From positions 186,001-250,000 of the forward strand of contig MU005974.1 in the NCBI GenBank assembly GCA_010093745.1: a DNA stretch of 64,000 bases, in the 5' to 3' direction. Shown in pieces: positions 51,846-63,728 of the stretch. The DNA comes from Piedraia hortae CBS 480.64 (taxonomy: Eukaryota). The position numbers were made by a program, and so were the translations under genes. The notes under the pieces were generated by a model. It made no database searches. It had not been told where the DNA came from and saw nothing but the letters and a program-made list of their open reading frames with translations. The first letter of the stretch is position 1. Each line of letters begins with the position of its first letter.

Positions 51846-52750
51846 TCCCTCCCCCCAAAAAAACGTCGGCCCTCAATGCCTCCCAAAAAACGCAACCCCC
51901 CTCAAACGAAAATTCCCACCCCTTCACTCCTTCCGCCTTCCCCAGCTGGATCGAACTGGAATTCGAACCCGCCTTCTTGACCGTGATGAGTTGAAGAGGG
52001 AGGAAAGGGAAGAGATGATCAAAGTGAGGAATCGGGGACACGATTTTGAGGGGTTCGTAAGGACTTGGTTACGTGTCCTGGCGGATAATGGAACGTTGGG
52101 GGAGTTGGTTAGGTGGCGTTAGGCGGGGCAGAGTGGATGGACGCTGCGACATAGCGGGTGGTGGGGCGGAATGGAAGGGTGCTGAGAAAACAAGGCAGAG
52201 ATTCTCATGAGTGTGTTGCTCATTGCGTCTCGAAGGCCACGAATAAACGGTGTAAAATGGTACGGTGAGCAATGGGTTGGTCATTTGGAGTGTAAAAACG
52301 TTATTTCCTACACAGAACACCTCAGTACTATCACCCCAGTACTGTCAGTGTTTTGAGCAAATATCAGGCGCAGTTTAGATAATAACGTGATCAAGGTTAC
52401 GGAGCTACTTGAAAGGCAAGCCTAGACCCAAAGCCATCGGGCTGAGCTGAATGCCGCGCCGCAATTGTGCTTCCTGCCAACCCCTCCAGTTGGGAATAAC
52501 TGTAGCCGCGCCCCATTGATCCCGGTCCATAAAGGCGGGGTAGTGTGGAGCAAGTTCGGGCCGTTTGCTGTCTGAGCTGCTACGATGCATCGACTTTATT
52601 AATATCCGCCAATTGGAATGGCCGCGCACTTTACCCGCGCGCGATCGGCGCGTAGTTCAACCTCATCTGATCCAAACGTGCTGAAGTGCGGCGCCTGAGC
52701 GAAACCTCGTGACCTATCATTAAACGCCCAAATCTTAATAGGCACATCGC

Positions 52751-54271
52751 ATGGATGAATCCGACCAGACAGCTGTGATCGGCGGTACCAAACGGAAGCG
52801 CGATGGGGACGCATTATTAGAGTCGGACAGACCCCCGAAACGCTTTGCTACAAGTCTTTCGATTTGTTCTTTTGATATAAGCGGTCCGGATGACCCCGTT
52901 GCTCATTGGGTTTCAGCATCCAACTGGCCATCCAGCATGGGCGAACCTTCCAACCCCCGAAAGCGGACTGCAGAGTCTATAACCACAGTCCCGATCAACG
53001 AATACAAAAAGGTTATTGTTCAGCTTCCAACGAACGTCCAAAATTTGATGAAGCGGGAAAACTTGGAAAAGTACAGCAAGTATGGGAACGGTGTCTATCT
53101 GCCCGTTCCGGATACAGGGCTTGATTCTGCTAAAGCGTGGGACGAGAGGAAAGAAATTTGCGAAGATTCAAACGAATCCTACCTTGTCCAATATTTGACC
53201 AAACTCATCCTGCCATGCCCCGCTGACATACTGACCAATGACGACCCTGGGAGGACGGAAATTCAGAATCTTCCTGATGTCGACTGGGAATGGAAACTGT
53301 CGGATGGAAAACCACCGAGGCCGAACATCACTCTCGGTTTAATGCCGCAAGTTTTCACCACAACGCAGCTGAGAAGACTTGAAAATTACAATCAAGTAAG
53401 ACCAGCAGCGTTCGCGAGAGGGCTGTTTTTCCCATTCTTCGTGTGTGAGGTGAAGGCCCACGACGGCAAATGGGATGAAGGACTAAAACAGGAGTTTGGT
53501 GCTGCGGCTACCTATGTTGACGCAATCGTTCAGTTGTGCGAGGCTGTCAAACCTGATGAGGTTAACCAGCTGCAGGGCCAGATCCTTGGCTTTGGCATGT
53601 TGCACAACCATAAGAAAATTGAAATCTATGGACACTTCTTTCTCAAGGACGATGACGAGAAGGAGATCAACTACTATCGCCACAAGTTTTTCGACATCCA
53701 AGTCAGCGAAAACTTTGAAGTGAATCCTGACTATGGCGTCCCGGGTGGGAGACATCCAGATCGCAGGATGAGTAGTAAATCTGCTGCAATTATTCAGGAG
53801 CTGTACACCAAATTTTATGCCTTGCACAAGAAAAGAATCATGGACTATGTGAACATGCTGCCTGACGCAACAGATCTACAAGTGGGCATCACCCAGGAGC
53901 ATCTTGAGGCGACATCTAGCAAGAGACAAAGGACTACCGCCAACGCTACCTCCACCGCCCAGGCTAACAATAAAGTGATTGCGGCTAAGGATGAAGTGAT
54001 TGAAAAGTTGGAGCAGCAAATTCAGCAAGTGCGTATGGGTAAGGATGCAGAAATTGAAAGGAACGATCAGGCCAATGCCAAAGTAATTGCGGCTAAGGAT
54101 GAAGTGATTGCGGCTAAAGTCGCAGAGAACGAGAGGTTGCTGCAACGGTTGCAGCAGATGAGGGAAGACGCTCAGGGAGACAAGCGCGCTTCTTTGCAAC
54201 AAATCGAGTTCTTCCAACGTCAATGTGAGAGTCTACAAGAGGAGTTGCGCAAGAATCAAAGGCCGAACTAG
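52751..54271 (+). CDS. Uncharacterised fungal PD-(D/E)xK-fold-like protein (resembles DUF7924 family) with C-terminal coiled coil
   Basis: 506-aa intact single-exon ORF. PRPNITLGL..FT..QL..L, FPFFVCEVKA, ILGFGMLHNH..IEIYGHF, YYRH and HKKRI...V..LP; NLS-like KRKR and RKR; KVIAAKDEVI repeats. Confidence 0.75.
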   Translation: MDESDQTAVIGGTKRKRDGDALLESDRPPKRFATSLSICSFDISGPDDPVAHWVSASNWPSSMGEPSNPRKRTAESITTVPINEYKKVIVQLPTNVQNLMKRENLEKYSKYGNGVYLPVPDTGLDSAKAWDERKEICEDSNESYLVQYLTKLILPCPADILTNDDPGRTEIQNLPDVDWEWKLSDGKPPRPNITLGLMPQVFTTTQLRRLENYNQVRPAAFARGLFFPFFVCEVKAHDGKWDEGLKQEFGAAATYVDAIVQLCEAVKPDEVNQLQGQILGFGMLHNHKKIEIYGHFFLKDDDEKEINYYRHKFFDIQVSENFEVNPDYGVPGGRHPDRRMSSKSAAIIQELYTKFYALHKKRIMDYVNMLPDATDLQVGITQEHLEATSSKRQRTTANATSTAQANNKVIAAKDEVIEKLEQQIQQVRMGKDAEIERNDQANAKVIAAKDEVIAAKVAENERLLQRLQQMREDAQGDKRASLQQIEFFQRQCESLQEELRKNQRPN

Positions 54272-54578
54272 CCGCCGGATGTCAATTTAGAATGATTACA
54301 GAACGACCAGCGGGAGCACATGGGGAATTTGTATTTAGAAAGACTCAATGTGTGGTGCACACAGTTGATATTGATCACTTTAGTTGTAGTAGCTGTTGTC
54401 ATCAACCATCCCCTTCCTTTCCTCCTCGACGACTATCCTATTGACCATCAATCGCTCCCCTTGGTCGTCGTGATCTTGGACTATCATGGACCCTGTTTAC
54501 TGACACCGACTGATTTTTTCCCCATCTAAGCATCCCAGACCTTGCCATAAGTTAACAGAGGTGCAGTGAGACTTGGGT

Positions 54579-54814
54579 CTCGCGGGAAACTCGCATTACC
54601 AACAGATATCATCATAAAGTCTGCGTCTCCCTCTATTTCGTTTTTCCACGCATGCTTGGCCAAGTGCTCTCTCCTATATCATTACAGCTTCGCCCATTCT
54701 ATCGTACTTGCAAAGCCTCTTCCATAGCCATATTGTCTTTCAATACCGTCGAATACTCTGATAACATACCCACAGACGGAACCTATCCCACGAACTCTCA
54801 CCAACACCACCTCT
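54579..54814 (+). repeat. 236-bp direct repeat, copy 2
   Basis: Copy of 50513-50748. Confidence 0.9.
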
Positions 54815-54829
54815 AGTTAAAGGAAACGA

Positions 54830-54970
54830 TGTTCTAATAAGCAGCGGCACCTCACAGGTGTGTCAGTATACACGCGTATCTAGGGCTACTTGAAAATTTC
54901 TGAGTACTCGAACCCTGGTCAGGGATGTGGGTCATCACCTGCGGATCGCTCCGTGGCGAACTGCACAACA
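54830..54970 (+). mobile_element. Solo LTR (family A), 141 bp, no TSD
   Basis: TGTTCTAATAAG...CTGCACAACA; flanks AACGA and TTGGC do not match. Confidence 0.9.
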
Positions 54971-54979
54971 TTGGCTATT

Positions 54980-55544
54980 GTAATTGGTCAATGTGTGGTA
55001 GAGAGGGGCTGCTGAAGGTTTCACGAGGGTTCGAATTGAGAGTGCCTGCGAAATTGTGATAGCCATGTTTGCCCAGCGATTAGGTACCCGAACTTCTAGG
55101 AAAGACTGTTCACCGTGGTCAGATTGGTGATGGAGCGGTACGCCACGAGTTTGACTCAGGTGCAGACGTCATCGAGCTGCGGCATTTAAATGTGGAATCC
55201 ACCCTCTCACTTCCTAGGGCCAGCTTTCGTGCCGCAGACGCCAAATGTCTTTCATAGTCCTCTCTTACGTGTCGTCTAATCGTAGATTTAATTGTTCGTA
55301 TCCTCGTTGGTGGTTTCGTGTTGGAAATTTCAGTTCTCCCTGTAGCTCGTGGACATACCCGCAGATAGGTAGCAGGTCTGTGAAGCGTGGGTCCAGGTCA
55401 GTGCACCTTGGATATAGTGAATATAAGAACGGGAAGTGACATGAAAGACAATGTTGTTGCTGCTACCTTTTTGCTGAGACTCTAGAGATGAGGTTGCTGG
55501 TCACCCTAGGCCTATCGGGACTGGCTCCCGACTAACATCAACAG
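54980..55544 (-). repeat. 565-bp perfect inverted repeat, right arm
   Basis: Reverse complement of 50806-51370. It extends 9 bp further (2 mismatches) up to the solo LTR end at 54970. Confidence 0.95.
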
Positions 55545-55794
55545 CTGTCAGTGTCGGAGTGACAGGTGAGTCATATTATTGTTTTAGACTTTTCCAAAAA
55601 CACCCAAATTCAGAGGTAAAGCTTGGCGTACATTGCCACCGAAATTCTTGCTAGGAGCTGGGATGATTCCCAAATTTTCGCAAATTTTGAATTTTCGTGC
55701 GGTGAGTGATCACGGCCTGCCCCGCAAAGGGTCGCCCCACGAATCCGAACCCTAACATCACAACTGCTGCCAGCGAGCTCAGCGACAGCATCCC

Positions 55795-56739
55795 ATGTCC
55801 AAATTCACCCTCGCGCTTGTGGCGGGCGCGTCGGCAGCCATCGGGGCAGCTACAACAGCAGTAATCTACAGCTTCAGCGGCGATGAGCGGCGCTCAACGT
55901 CCATCTCCAGCGCGTCCCCGTCGCCTATCCCATCACAACGGCAACAGGCGCCAGTTGACCCTGCCGGACTCTTCCAGTATGGCTTCCCCGGTCCAGTGGC
56001 AGACCTTCACAGCACACCAGCGCTGATATCGTGCTTCGATCGCGCACGGCGCAACCCTCACTGGGTAGCAGAACACATTACTCCAGCCTCGCTGCTCAGA
56101 CGCGAAGGCGACCGCAGACTTTCCAATTTCGTTGAAGATCTTACCATTCCCGAGCACTTTCGCGCTAAGTTAAAGGACTACTTCCGCTCTGGCTACGACC
56201 GCGGCCATCAGGTGCCTGCAGCAGATGCCAAATGGAGCCAAGAGGCTATGGATAGTACCTTTGCCCTCAGCAACATGTGTCCGCAGGTGGGTGATGGCTT
56301 CAACCGCGACTACTGGGCCCATTTGGAGGATTTTTGTCGAAGGCTGACGAAGCGGTATCCGTCCGTCCGGATCGTTACGGGGCCGCTGTATCTCCCCAAA
56401 AGGGACGCTGTAGATGGCAAATGGAAGGTGACGTACGAGGTTGTTGGCCATCCACCAAATGTCGCCGTGCCTACGCATTTCTACAAGGTCATATTCGCGG
56501 AAGATGGACATATCGGTGGCAATGTAAGCCTTGCGGCTTTTGTGCTGCCAAACGCGGTCATCAAAAATGATACGCCCTTGTCTCAGTTTGAGGTTCCCGT
56601 AGAAGCAGTGGAGAGAGCGAGTGGACTCGACTTTGCGAGATTGTTGCCTGAGAACCGAAAACGGAAGCTCTGCAAAGAAATGGATTGCTCGATTCTTGTA
56701 AAAGAGTATGACGACGCGAGGAAGAAACTGACGCAGTAA
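55795..56739 (+). CDS. NUC1: Mitochondrial DNA/RNA non-specific endonuclease (endonuclease G)
   Basis: RRNPHWVAEH, GYDRGHQVPAAD, SNMCPQVGDGFNRDYW and VAVPTHFYKV. Confidence 0.96.
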   Translation: MSKFTLALVAGASAAIGAATTAVIYSFSGDERRSTSISSASPSPIPSQRQQAPVDPAGLFQYGFPGPVADLHSTPALISCFDRARRNPHWVAEHITPASLLRREGDRRLSNFVEDLTIPEHFRAKLKDYFRSGYDRGHQVPAADAKWSQEAMDSTFALSNMCPQVGDGFNRDYWAHLEDFCRRLTKRYPSVRIVTGPLYLPKRDAVDGKWKVTYEVVGHPPNVAVPTHFYKVIFAEDGHIGGNVSLAAFVLPNAVIKNDTPLSQFEVPVEAVERASGLDFARLLPENRKRKLCKEMDCSILVKEYDDARKKLTQ

Positions 56740-57049
56740 TATGTATCATAGTGAATTCGATGTGGACCGCCGGAGCTGCCCCAGTTACTTTTGTCTCCGC
56801 CCGAGTTTTGAAGTTGTATGATAAAATTACTGCACTGTGGCCGTTGCTGGTGAATGTACGTTTGGAGGCCTTCACAAGCACTGAATCTTGTATCACAAAT
56901 GTACCATGTCAATCACTCTTATCAGCTTACGCCCTTGAATCAATCACTGGTGTAACAGCAATCGAGGGTTTGTCACTGATTCAACAAGAGTGCCACTCGT
57001 CTCGGCGCGACCCTAGCCAGCTATAAAATCTCCCCATTGCCCCGTCTGC

Positions 57050-58100
57050 TTTTCCATTAATCCAGTTCAGCTCACTTCAGAATGAGCAATCCATTACAAG
57101 ATAATGGAACCTTTCACATTTCATCATTGAAAGAATAGCCAGGACTGCCGGCAGCTTCAGCTATATTCTCCAATCATAGTCGGAGAGTTACATCGTCCAG
57201 TAACATAGCCTTTTTTTCAACAAGGTATTAGGATACCTCCATGAAGGCCTACGAAAGATAAAGTGTATCGAGCCAAGATGCGCTTGAGGGATTTATGGGC
57301 CACTTCCCGACTTGGAACAAGTCACAACACCCTTTCAATTGATCAATAACATAGCAAACCTGGCAAAAAACGCTCGAGTATTGGCGTCTATCATACTCAT
57401 AACGCACCCAACATCAGCTGATTTCAGACCCGAAACATGGGGCGTCTTCACTCTAGTCGGCTTTCTCCGATATCTACCTAATGCTGTACATCGAATGTGC
57501 GAAACGCCTCCCTTTCATGCCTGAAACCAATCATGATACACTATCCTGGCAAGGGTGAGGACAAATCTTCTTCTCCAGAGAACTTCTCGGCCTTTGAACT
57601 CTTCAAACCCATGCCTGCAGACGACATACTATGCAAGATCATGCTATTTTCTTTCCAGACTAGTGGACGCGATAAGCCCGAACTCCACCCCCTCAAAAGC
57701 TTCTTCCCAGGACGATTGCAACAGAGGCACCCATATCCGACGACTGGCTTAAGCCACAGCCCTGTCGAGCTCACCCAGAAATTTTCCACAGAATTTTACA
57801 TAATCCCTCAAAGCACGAAGATGCAAAAGCCGAACATATAGCATCTGAAGATGCAATTACACTGGACCATGCACCACGTCCTCCGGCGCCTGTGCACTAA
57901 CATCGCAATCTTCCGATGTTAACCACAATACACCCCTCCCAAACGAGCGACATTTTCACGAAATGAAGAATACCAGCGGATTTTCTCCTAATGCACAGAC
58001 GAGAATTAAGCTTTAGGGCCACATGCCTACCGCCTTACATTTTTGATTCTAGCCCACCGTACAAGAGGTCAAGCGCTACGATATCATCAAGTGCGAATAT
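57050..58100 (-). pseudogene. Possible SRPK/CMGC-like protein kinase relic
   Basis: GGRHVALKL at ~58034-58008, followed by collinear weak echoes (HGP; CIMIGF..EAF; KTP) with many stops and frameshifts. Confidence 0.3.
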
Positions 58101-59779
58101 ACCATATACTTTCTGCTTGTGCCAGACGACCGTGCAGAGACAAATATTCACCCACTTCACCGGAAACCCTACTCGTGGGGTCCAGTGTGATAGGCCCGCA
58201 GGCCCAAAGAGCCGTGGGGAGAAACTGGGACTAATACCCAAGCCCCAGACAGATCTCCGCTGCGGCCGCCTCCGCGTACGTTTGGACCTCTCTGAAGAGT
58301 GAAAGCAAGATGGGCAGAAGGTTAAGGGACCTTGAATGGAATGCGGAGCCATTTCCACAACCACATTGTTTTCTGGCCACCATTGCGTCGAGTCAATGGG
58401 TATCAGAGCGAGATTAATGAAGCATTTTTTGACTTTGGTACACGCCATCATGCCAAAGACGGCTGCGTTGCGCCTCGGCCTTCTCACCTAGGACGATGAG
58501 AGGCCGGTGCCGTCTCTCCAAGTCACGGCGCGTCTTCTTTGGCTTTCTGTCTGTGGCTTCAACGGGAGGCCAAAGGGGAGACAAGAAGGAGTCATCGCCG
58601 TTCACCCTATGTGTTGTGGAGACAGCATCACGTTATAAAGAAGGGGAGGGATCAGACACTTTCACACATAAAGATGCGAATCTGTGCACATTCCCATTTT
58701 ACCTTGGTGTGCGCCAAACTGTGGTATATTTTTTATATGTGGCAAAATGTCAGCCTGCTGGTTTTTTGGATACACGTACCTGCACCTTGGACGAGAAAAG
58801 ACAGGGACAGGTGTATGGATGAAATGCGAAGGAGCTGCAACGCTGCTCATCCAGATATGTTTCGAGGGATTCACAGCTCAGGAGCGAAAGCCTCACTCTG
58901 AGATCCGCAATCTCGAACAGCCCCTAATCACCCCCCCACCCATAAAGACGGCATGTCACCATTTCCACTTTCAGAAATTGGCACAATACGACGGAAACAG
59001 CACAGTACTCGAAAGCAGCGCTACTCTTCGCTCCAACTGCCTGTCTCGTCAGTTCCCTTGACCAATTTTCAGGCGTGCCTGGTCCATCTCCATCGAGATA
59101 CTTGGGGAGTATACCTCCGTCGTTACAATGACCTAAACAAGCAGTTTATTGGCGTGTTATAGCATATTCGCTGTATGGAACGTCCCTCGACTACGGGGAA
59201 AAGTTGATGTACACCGAAGAGCTGATAGCTGCATCGACAAGCGGCACCCACCAAAGGTGACGTGTGAACCGACGATGGATGCAGTAATATCAATCCCTAT
59301 CTACATCGATCTAGAAACTGAAAACGACTTGACCAAGGACTCCGAAAAATCAGTCTTGGCAGATGTGTCTGCATTAAGGACATGATAAGGAGAATCGCCA
59401 ACACTGACTGGACCGTCGAGGTTCAGGTACATCCACCTTAGCCGTTTTCAAGATTTAGAGAGTTCTCACTAGCCCAGAAGATACATGTGGTTTACTCTAC
59501 GCCATGCCATGAGCGGATCCAGACTGTACCCAGCCCTTCCAGAGGTATACCCCACTACCTTCGGCTCTAAACCCTGGACCACGTGCGTGCCATAAGCCAA
59601 GTACGGAGCCTCCTTTCACCCACAACCAACATCACATTCGTCAGGGATTAGGGAAATATAGTGCCTGCAAGCCCATGGACACATTTTGAATCGGGGGATA
59701 CTGACTAAAAGGAAGGAGTGCAAATCACAGATCGATCCCCCCTTCCCATCTGTTGGTCTGTCTGTGCCTTGAAAGGGGA

Positions 59780-60200
59780 AGGAAATGGTTGGCTTCTTCG
59801 AGTGGGGTGAAGTACAACAAATCTACCGCATTCACGTATTTTTTAGGGCATGCACCGCATGTGGGCCAAGCATACAGCCTGAGTCATTCACGAAAAAAAA
59901 AAGCAGAATGGGTATGGCCATGCCAGCTACAAGAAAATTGGACTTGTTGCACATCCACATCTCATGTTGGAGAGTTTGCGCAATGCGACAGGTGTGGAAT
60001 AACATTACCCCGGTGTTGGAGGAACTGCCATTCCCACCCTACTTGCTGGATCGCTGTCCCTACCTGCAAAGACATAGGGGCGCTTGGTCCGATCTTTCAA
60101 GCCGATTATGAACAAATACCTGGGTGGAAGATTCTGGGCTCCCTGACATTGTGCAGGCCCTCTTCCTGTCACCTTTGACGCTGCGGCTGTGCGGGATTGG
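59780..60200 (+). pseudogene. Possible Tc1/mariner (DDE_3) transposase relic
   Basis: QLQENWTCCTS (compare FQQDNAxCHT) followed in another frame by VLEELPFPPYLLDRCP...AWSDL (compare LPWPPYSPDLNPIExxW). Confidence 0.3.
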
Positions 60201-61383
60201 GTGCAGCAGAAGCAAAAAATACTGCGACGAGCGTTTCCAGTGCGATGTGTGTCTGGGTGCATTACGCGTAAAGCAACCACCTGGGAACCCTGTCACCGTC
60301 AAAAGGGAATTAAGCTTCTTTAAGGACCTAAGGAAACAGCTGATTGGGCAATTTACAGCACATTCGCTGTAGGATTGCTCCTCGACTACGATCCACAAGC
60401 GTAAGATGTGTGAGTACACTGAAGCGCTGATGCTTGTGTCGATAAATTACTACCTCATTTAAGCTGTCGGTGAGCAAAGATGGTTGCAATAATGTTAACA
60501 TCCTTTTCACATCCATTCTGGAGGCTAACAAAGGGAGAATGACCAGAACAAAAGTCCCTGCTGTTGCGATCCACCGGAGACATGATGGAAAAGAAACCAC
60601 AAACGATGCAGCTGTGACCCTGACTGGACTGTCGAGGTTCAGGTTCCTCTGCTTTCATCTAGGCTTGTTTTATATACCCAGGAATGTCTCACTGAAACCA
60701 AAGAACATTGAGACTCCTTCATCCACCATATCATGAGCGAAGAGGATTTACCCCGGTTCATCAGAGGTATACCACTACTTTCGCTTTAACGCCTGCGGTC
60801 GGCATGGATCTCACAACTAATAAACGGAACGCCACCTTCGCATTTGAGGAAAATCAAAGATGTCCCGAGTACTCATGCTCGAAATTTCCAACCGCATTCC
60901 ACAATGTACCTATATTGTGTTGAATGCTGTTTATTTGAGTGTGCTGCCGTCCATAACTTGTGGAGAACGTCTACCACCCATCTAACTCTTCCTCCAAATG
61001 TTCAATACAACTCAAGAGGCTCGGGTATAACCTCACGACCGAACCCGCCACGGCATTCCTTTGGCAGGGAGACTTGGAAGCAATGTGCTATTACGACATA
61101 TATCGAATTATCAGCGGATCGACGTTACAGTCCGTGTTTTGGCAGAGAGACAAGGGCGGGGAGTGGAGGGGGAGAGGTATTTTATGAACCTACTTACCCG
61201 TGTACGTTCACAAGTGAGGGGGTTGTTGATCCCTAACAGATGACTCCAAGTACTATCTTCATCCATCAGAAACAGAGAGGCTTGAGGCAGGAGGAATTTG
61301 GAAGCATACTGGGATCAGAAAAAGGACTTTGCTGAGTGTCCGCATGATGGCTCAGTCCTTTGGGTTGAAGATGGCGTGTGTGG

Positions 61384-61581
61384 GGCTTTTCGAAGTGAAA
61401 TCACGCACAACAGTGTTAGACTACATCTATCACGACTTTCCGACGTTCTACAAGGAATCAAAGAAGGTACGGTGTGATACTGGGGTAATATCTAAGGTAT
61501 CTCTATCTTCTGCGGTCGAGCGACGAGGAGCCGCTCTTGAACCTTAGTTCTACATTACCTCTTCCAAGACACACAGAGATG
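61384..61581 (+). repeat. ~198-bp dispersed repeat, copy 2
   Basis: Inverted relative to 47849-48046. It carries a TAG where copy 1 has TAT. Confidence 0.85.
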
Positions 61582-63728
61582 CTGGACCCGCGTTTTGGCT
61601 TCAGGGATACCGGCGACATGCTCTGGACCGGGATCGTAGAGGTGGCCCCGAAAGGAGCATGCCGCAAGAGCTATCTCAGCAGGCATTCCGGCAGAAGAGC
61701 AATTTGATATCTATGCTGCTCAGGACGAAATGTCGGCCCTCATCTCGGGCGTGCAGTCGGAGAAAGGAAGCTCCTTCCATTACCGGCATGAGGCTTTTCC
61801 CCCGGTGCCAGAGAAACGGAAGCGTCGACGTGGTGGAAGACGGTGGGGCAACATAAATTTCCACGATGACCGCCAGCGACGTCCTCGCAGTACAATCGAT
61901 AAGCATGTCCGCGGAGAGAGTTTCTTTCGCTAGGGCAGGTATAGCTTCGCCTTTCGTCAGGCTTATTGGTAATCGCTGGAACCGAAGAGATGGGGCGTTG
62001 TATCGTTGGTGGGCATGGAGGAAAAGGGCTAGGATGTCGGCTGTGCTAGACAAGCTGGGGAGGAAAATGGTGAAAGCGAACTGTCAGAACGGCCGTAGAG
62101 CCTGAGCCCTGGTGGTCAGGAACTAAGGATTGTTGTTGAGAAGTATCAGTGCCATACCTCGGCCTGATAACAAAGACGATACAAAGAAAAACCCTGTATA
62201 GCAAGATACTCCAAGAGCATGATAAAGAGGACAGTGGCGCAATGGAGTAACATTTGAACCTGTTTGAACACAGAAGCTACTTGTATACAAGCTTGCTGTT
62301 GAACATCAGGAAAGATAATTTTGTAAAAACTCAATCTTCAGAACGATTACGCTACGCAAAAACTATCTTCCAACTAAAGCATGGGCACCGATGGAATTCA
62401 AGAGATATATCCTCCATCGAATTATGGCCCATTACGCCAACGACCCTCACCAACTTATACGCAGACTTCAATCTGGATTCAACAGAGAGATGTGCAACGA
62501 AGGACAGATGAAGACTTTGAGATGAACTATTGTCTACCGACTACCAAGTCATGTCAGGGCTCATCGACAGATTGCTCTTTCAACCAGGATTAGGAGGAGA
62601 AATTAAACAGGGAGTTGAAAGCGAAAGTTGCTGCATCTCAGCTCGGGTTGCTCCTGCAAAAATATTCTTCCAGCTTTCCATCCCTGCTGTGGAACCGAAC
62701 CAGACCTGACGTAGAACAGTCCAGCGACTTCTCATACGTCTGATCTCATCTAACGGTGCTGCAAGAGCCTCCTTACTTGGTGGGCCCCCTAATATCCTCA
62801 CTTGAAAAGGAAGAGGAAGAGAAATTGGGAAAGGAACCGCCACTCTCGCCATTGCCATGCAATAATCCGCACGATCAAGCGTCTGCAATTCGTATAACGA
62901 TAACGTGATTGGGAATCTAAACTATATCCGAAAACGTGTCGAACACAATAATCCGGTGTCACGAGAGGAGAGAACGTACCATGGTGGAGTTTTCCAATAC
63001 CATAGGCCCTTCTCCCTTATATAAAAGTGTAGAGACGCGAAAAAAGGGAGAGGGAAGTGAAATTGTGTCAGTCAATCTTCCATCTCTTGAATGGCTTCGA
63101 ATTTTGACGGTGGGGATACTGATCGGTTGATAACGGGAATCGATCCAGCTGGTTCATATGGATGCCAAAACCAACCCCGAGGGTGGATATACTGAAGCGA
63201 GATCATCAACTTACTCAGTTTAGGGTTCCGGGATTAGGGTATCATTATGGATGCGTCGAATTGTAAGAGGCTCTTGGACGGCTGGAAGGACGCCGTCACG
63301 AGGCACCACATTTCCATCCGAGGCAAATCCGAGGTAACTTCCAATCTTACAAACAGAAGGAGACCACTGTAGTAAAACATGCCCCGAGGTCGGAATGGTA
63401 GAATTTGAAGATGCGCTAGTTGCTTCCGTCTGCGCTGATATTTATAATTCCACTGTAGACGCGCTGGAAATTTCAGACTCTGAAGTGGAGAAATACTGCC
63501 TGTATGTATCGTTTCTATCCCACCGTCTAAGTGGAGAACGACTTCTATTTGATCTTGTTGGTCTCTCCATTCATAAGAGGGTGAGAGATTATCGTGTCAG
63601 ACTATGATGAAAGAAGGATGGAGAGTGTGGCTTGGACACCGGGTTAAGGCAAAGGAGGGAGTTATATTCCCCCAAAATCCATCCGTCAAAAGTTTAGACT
63701 GGCGTAGAGAAAATCTTCCCGTATCCCA

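Noticed and set aside
61600..63610. Short ORFs of 60-125 aa as genes
   Set aside because: No recognisable motifs or consistent exon structure; probably decayed sequence.
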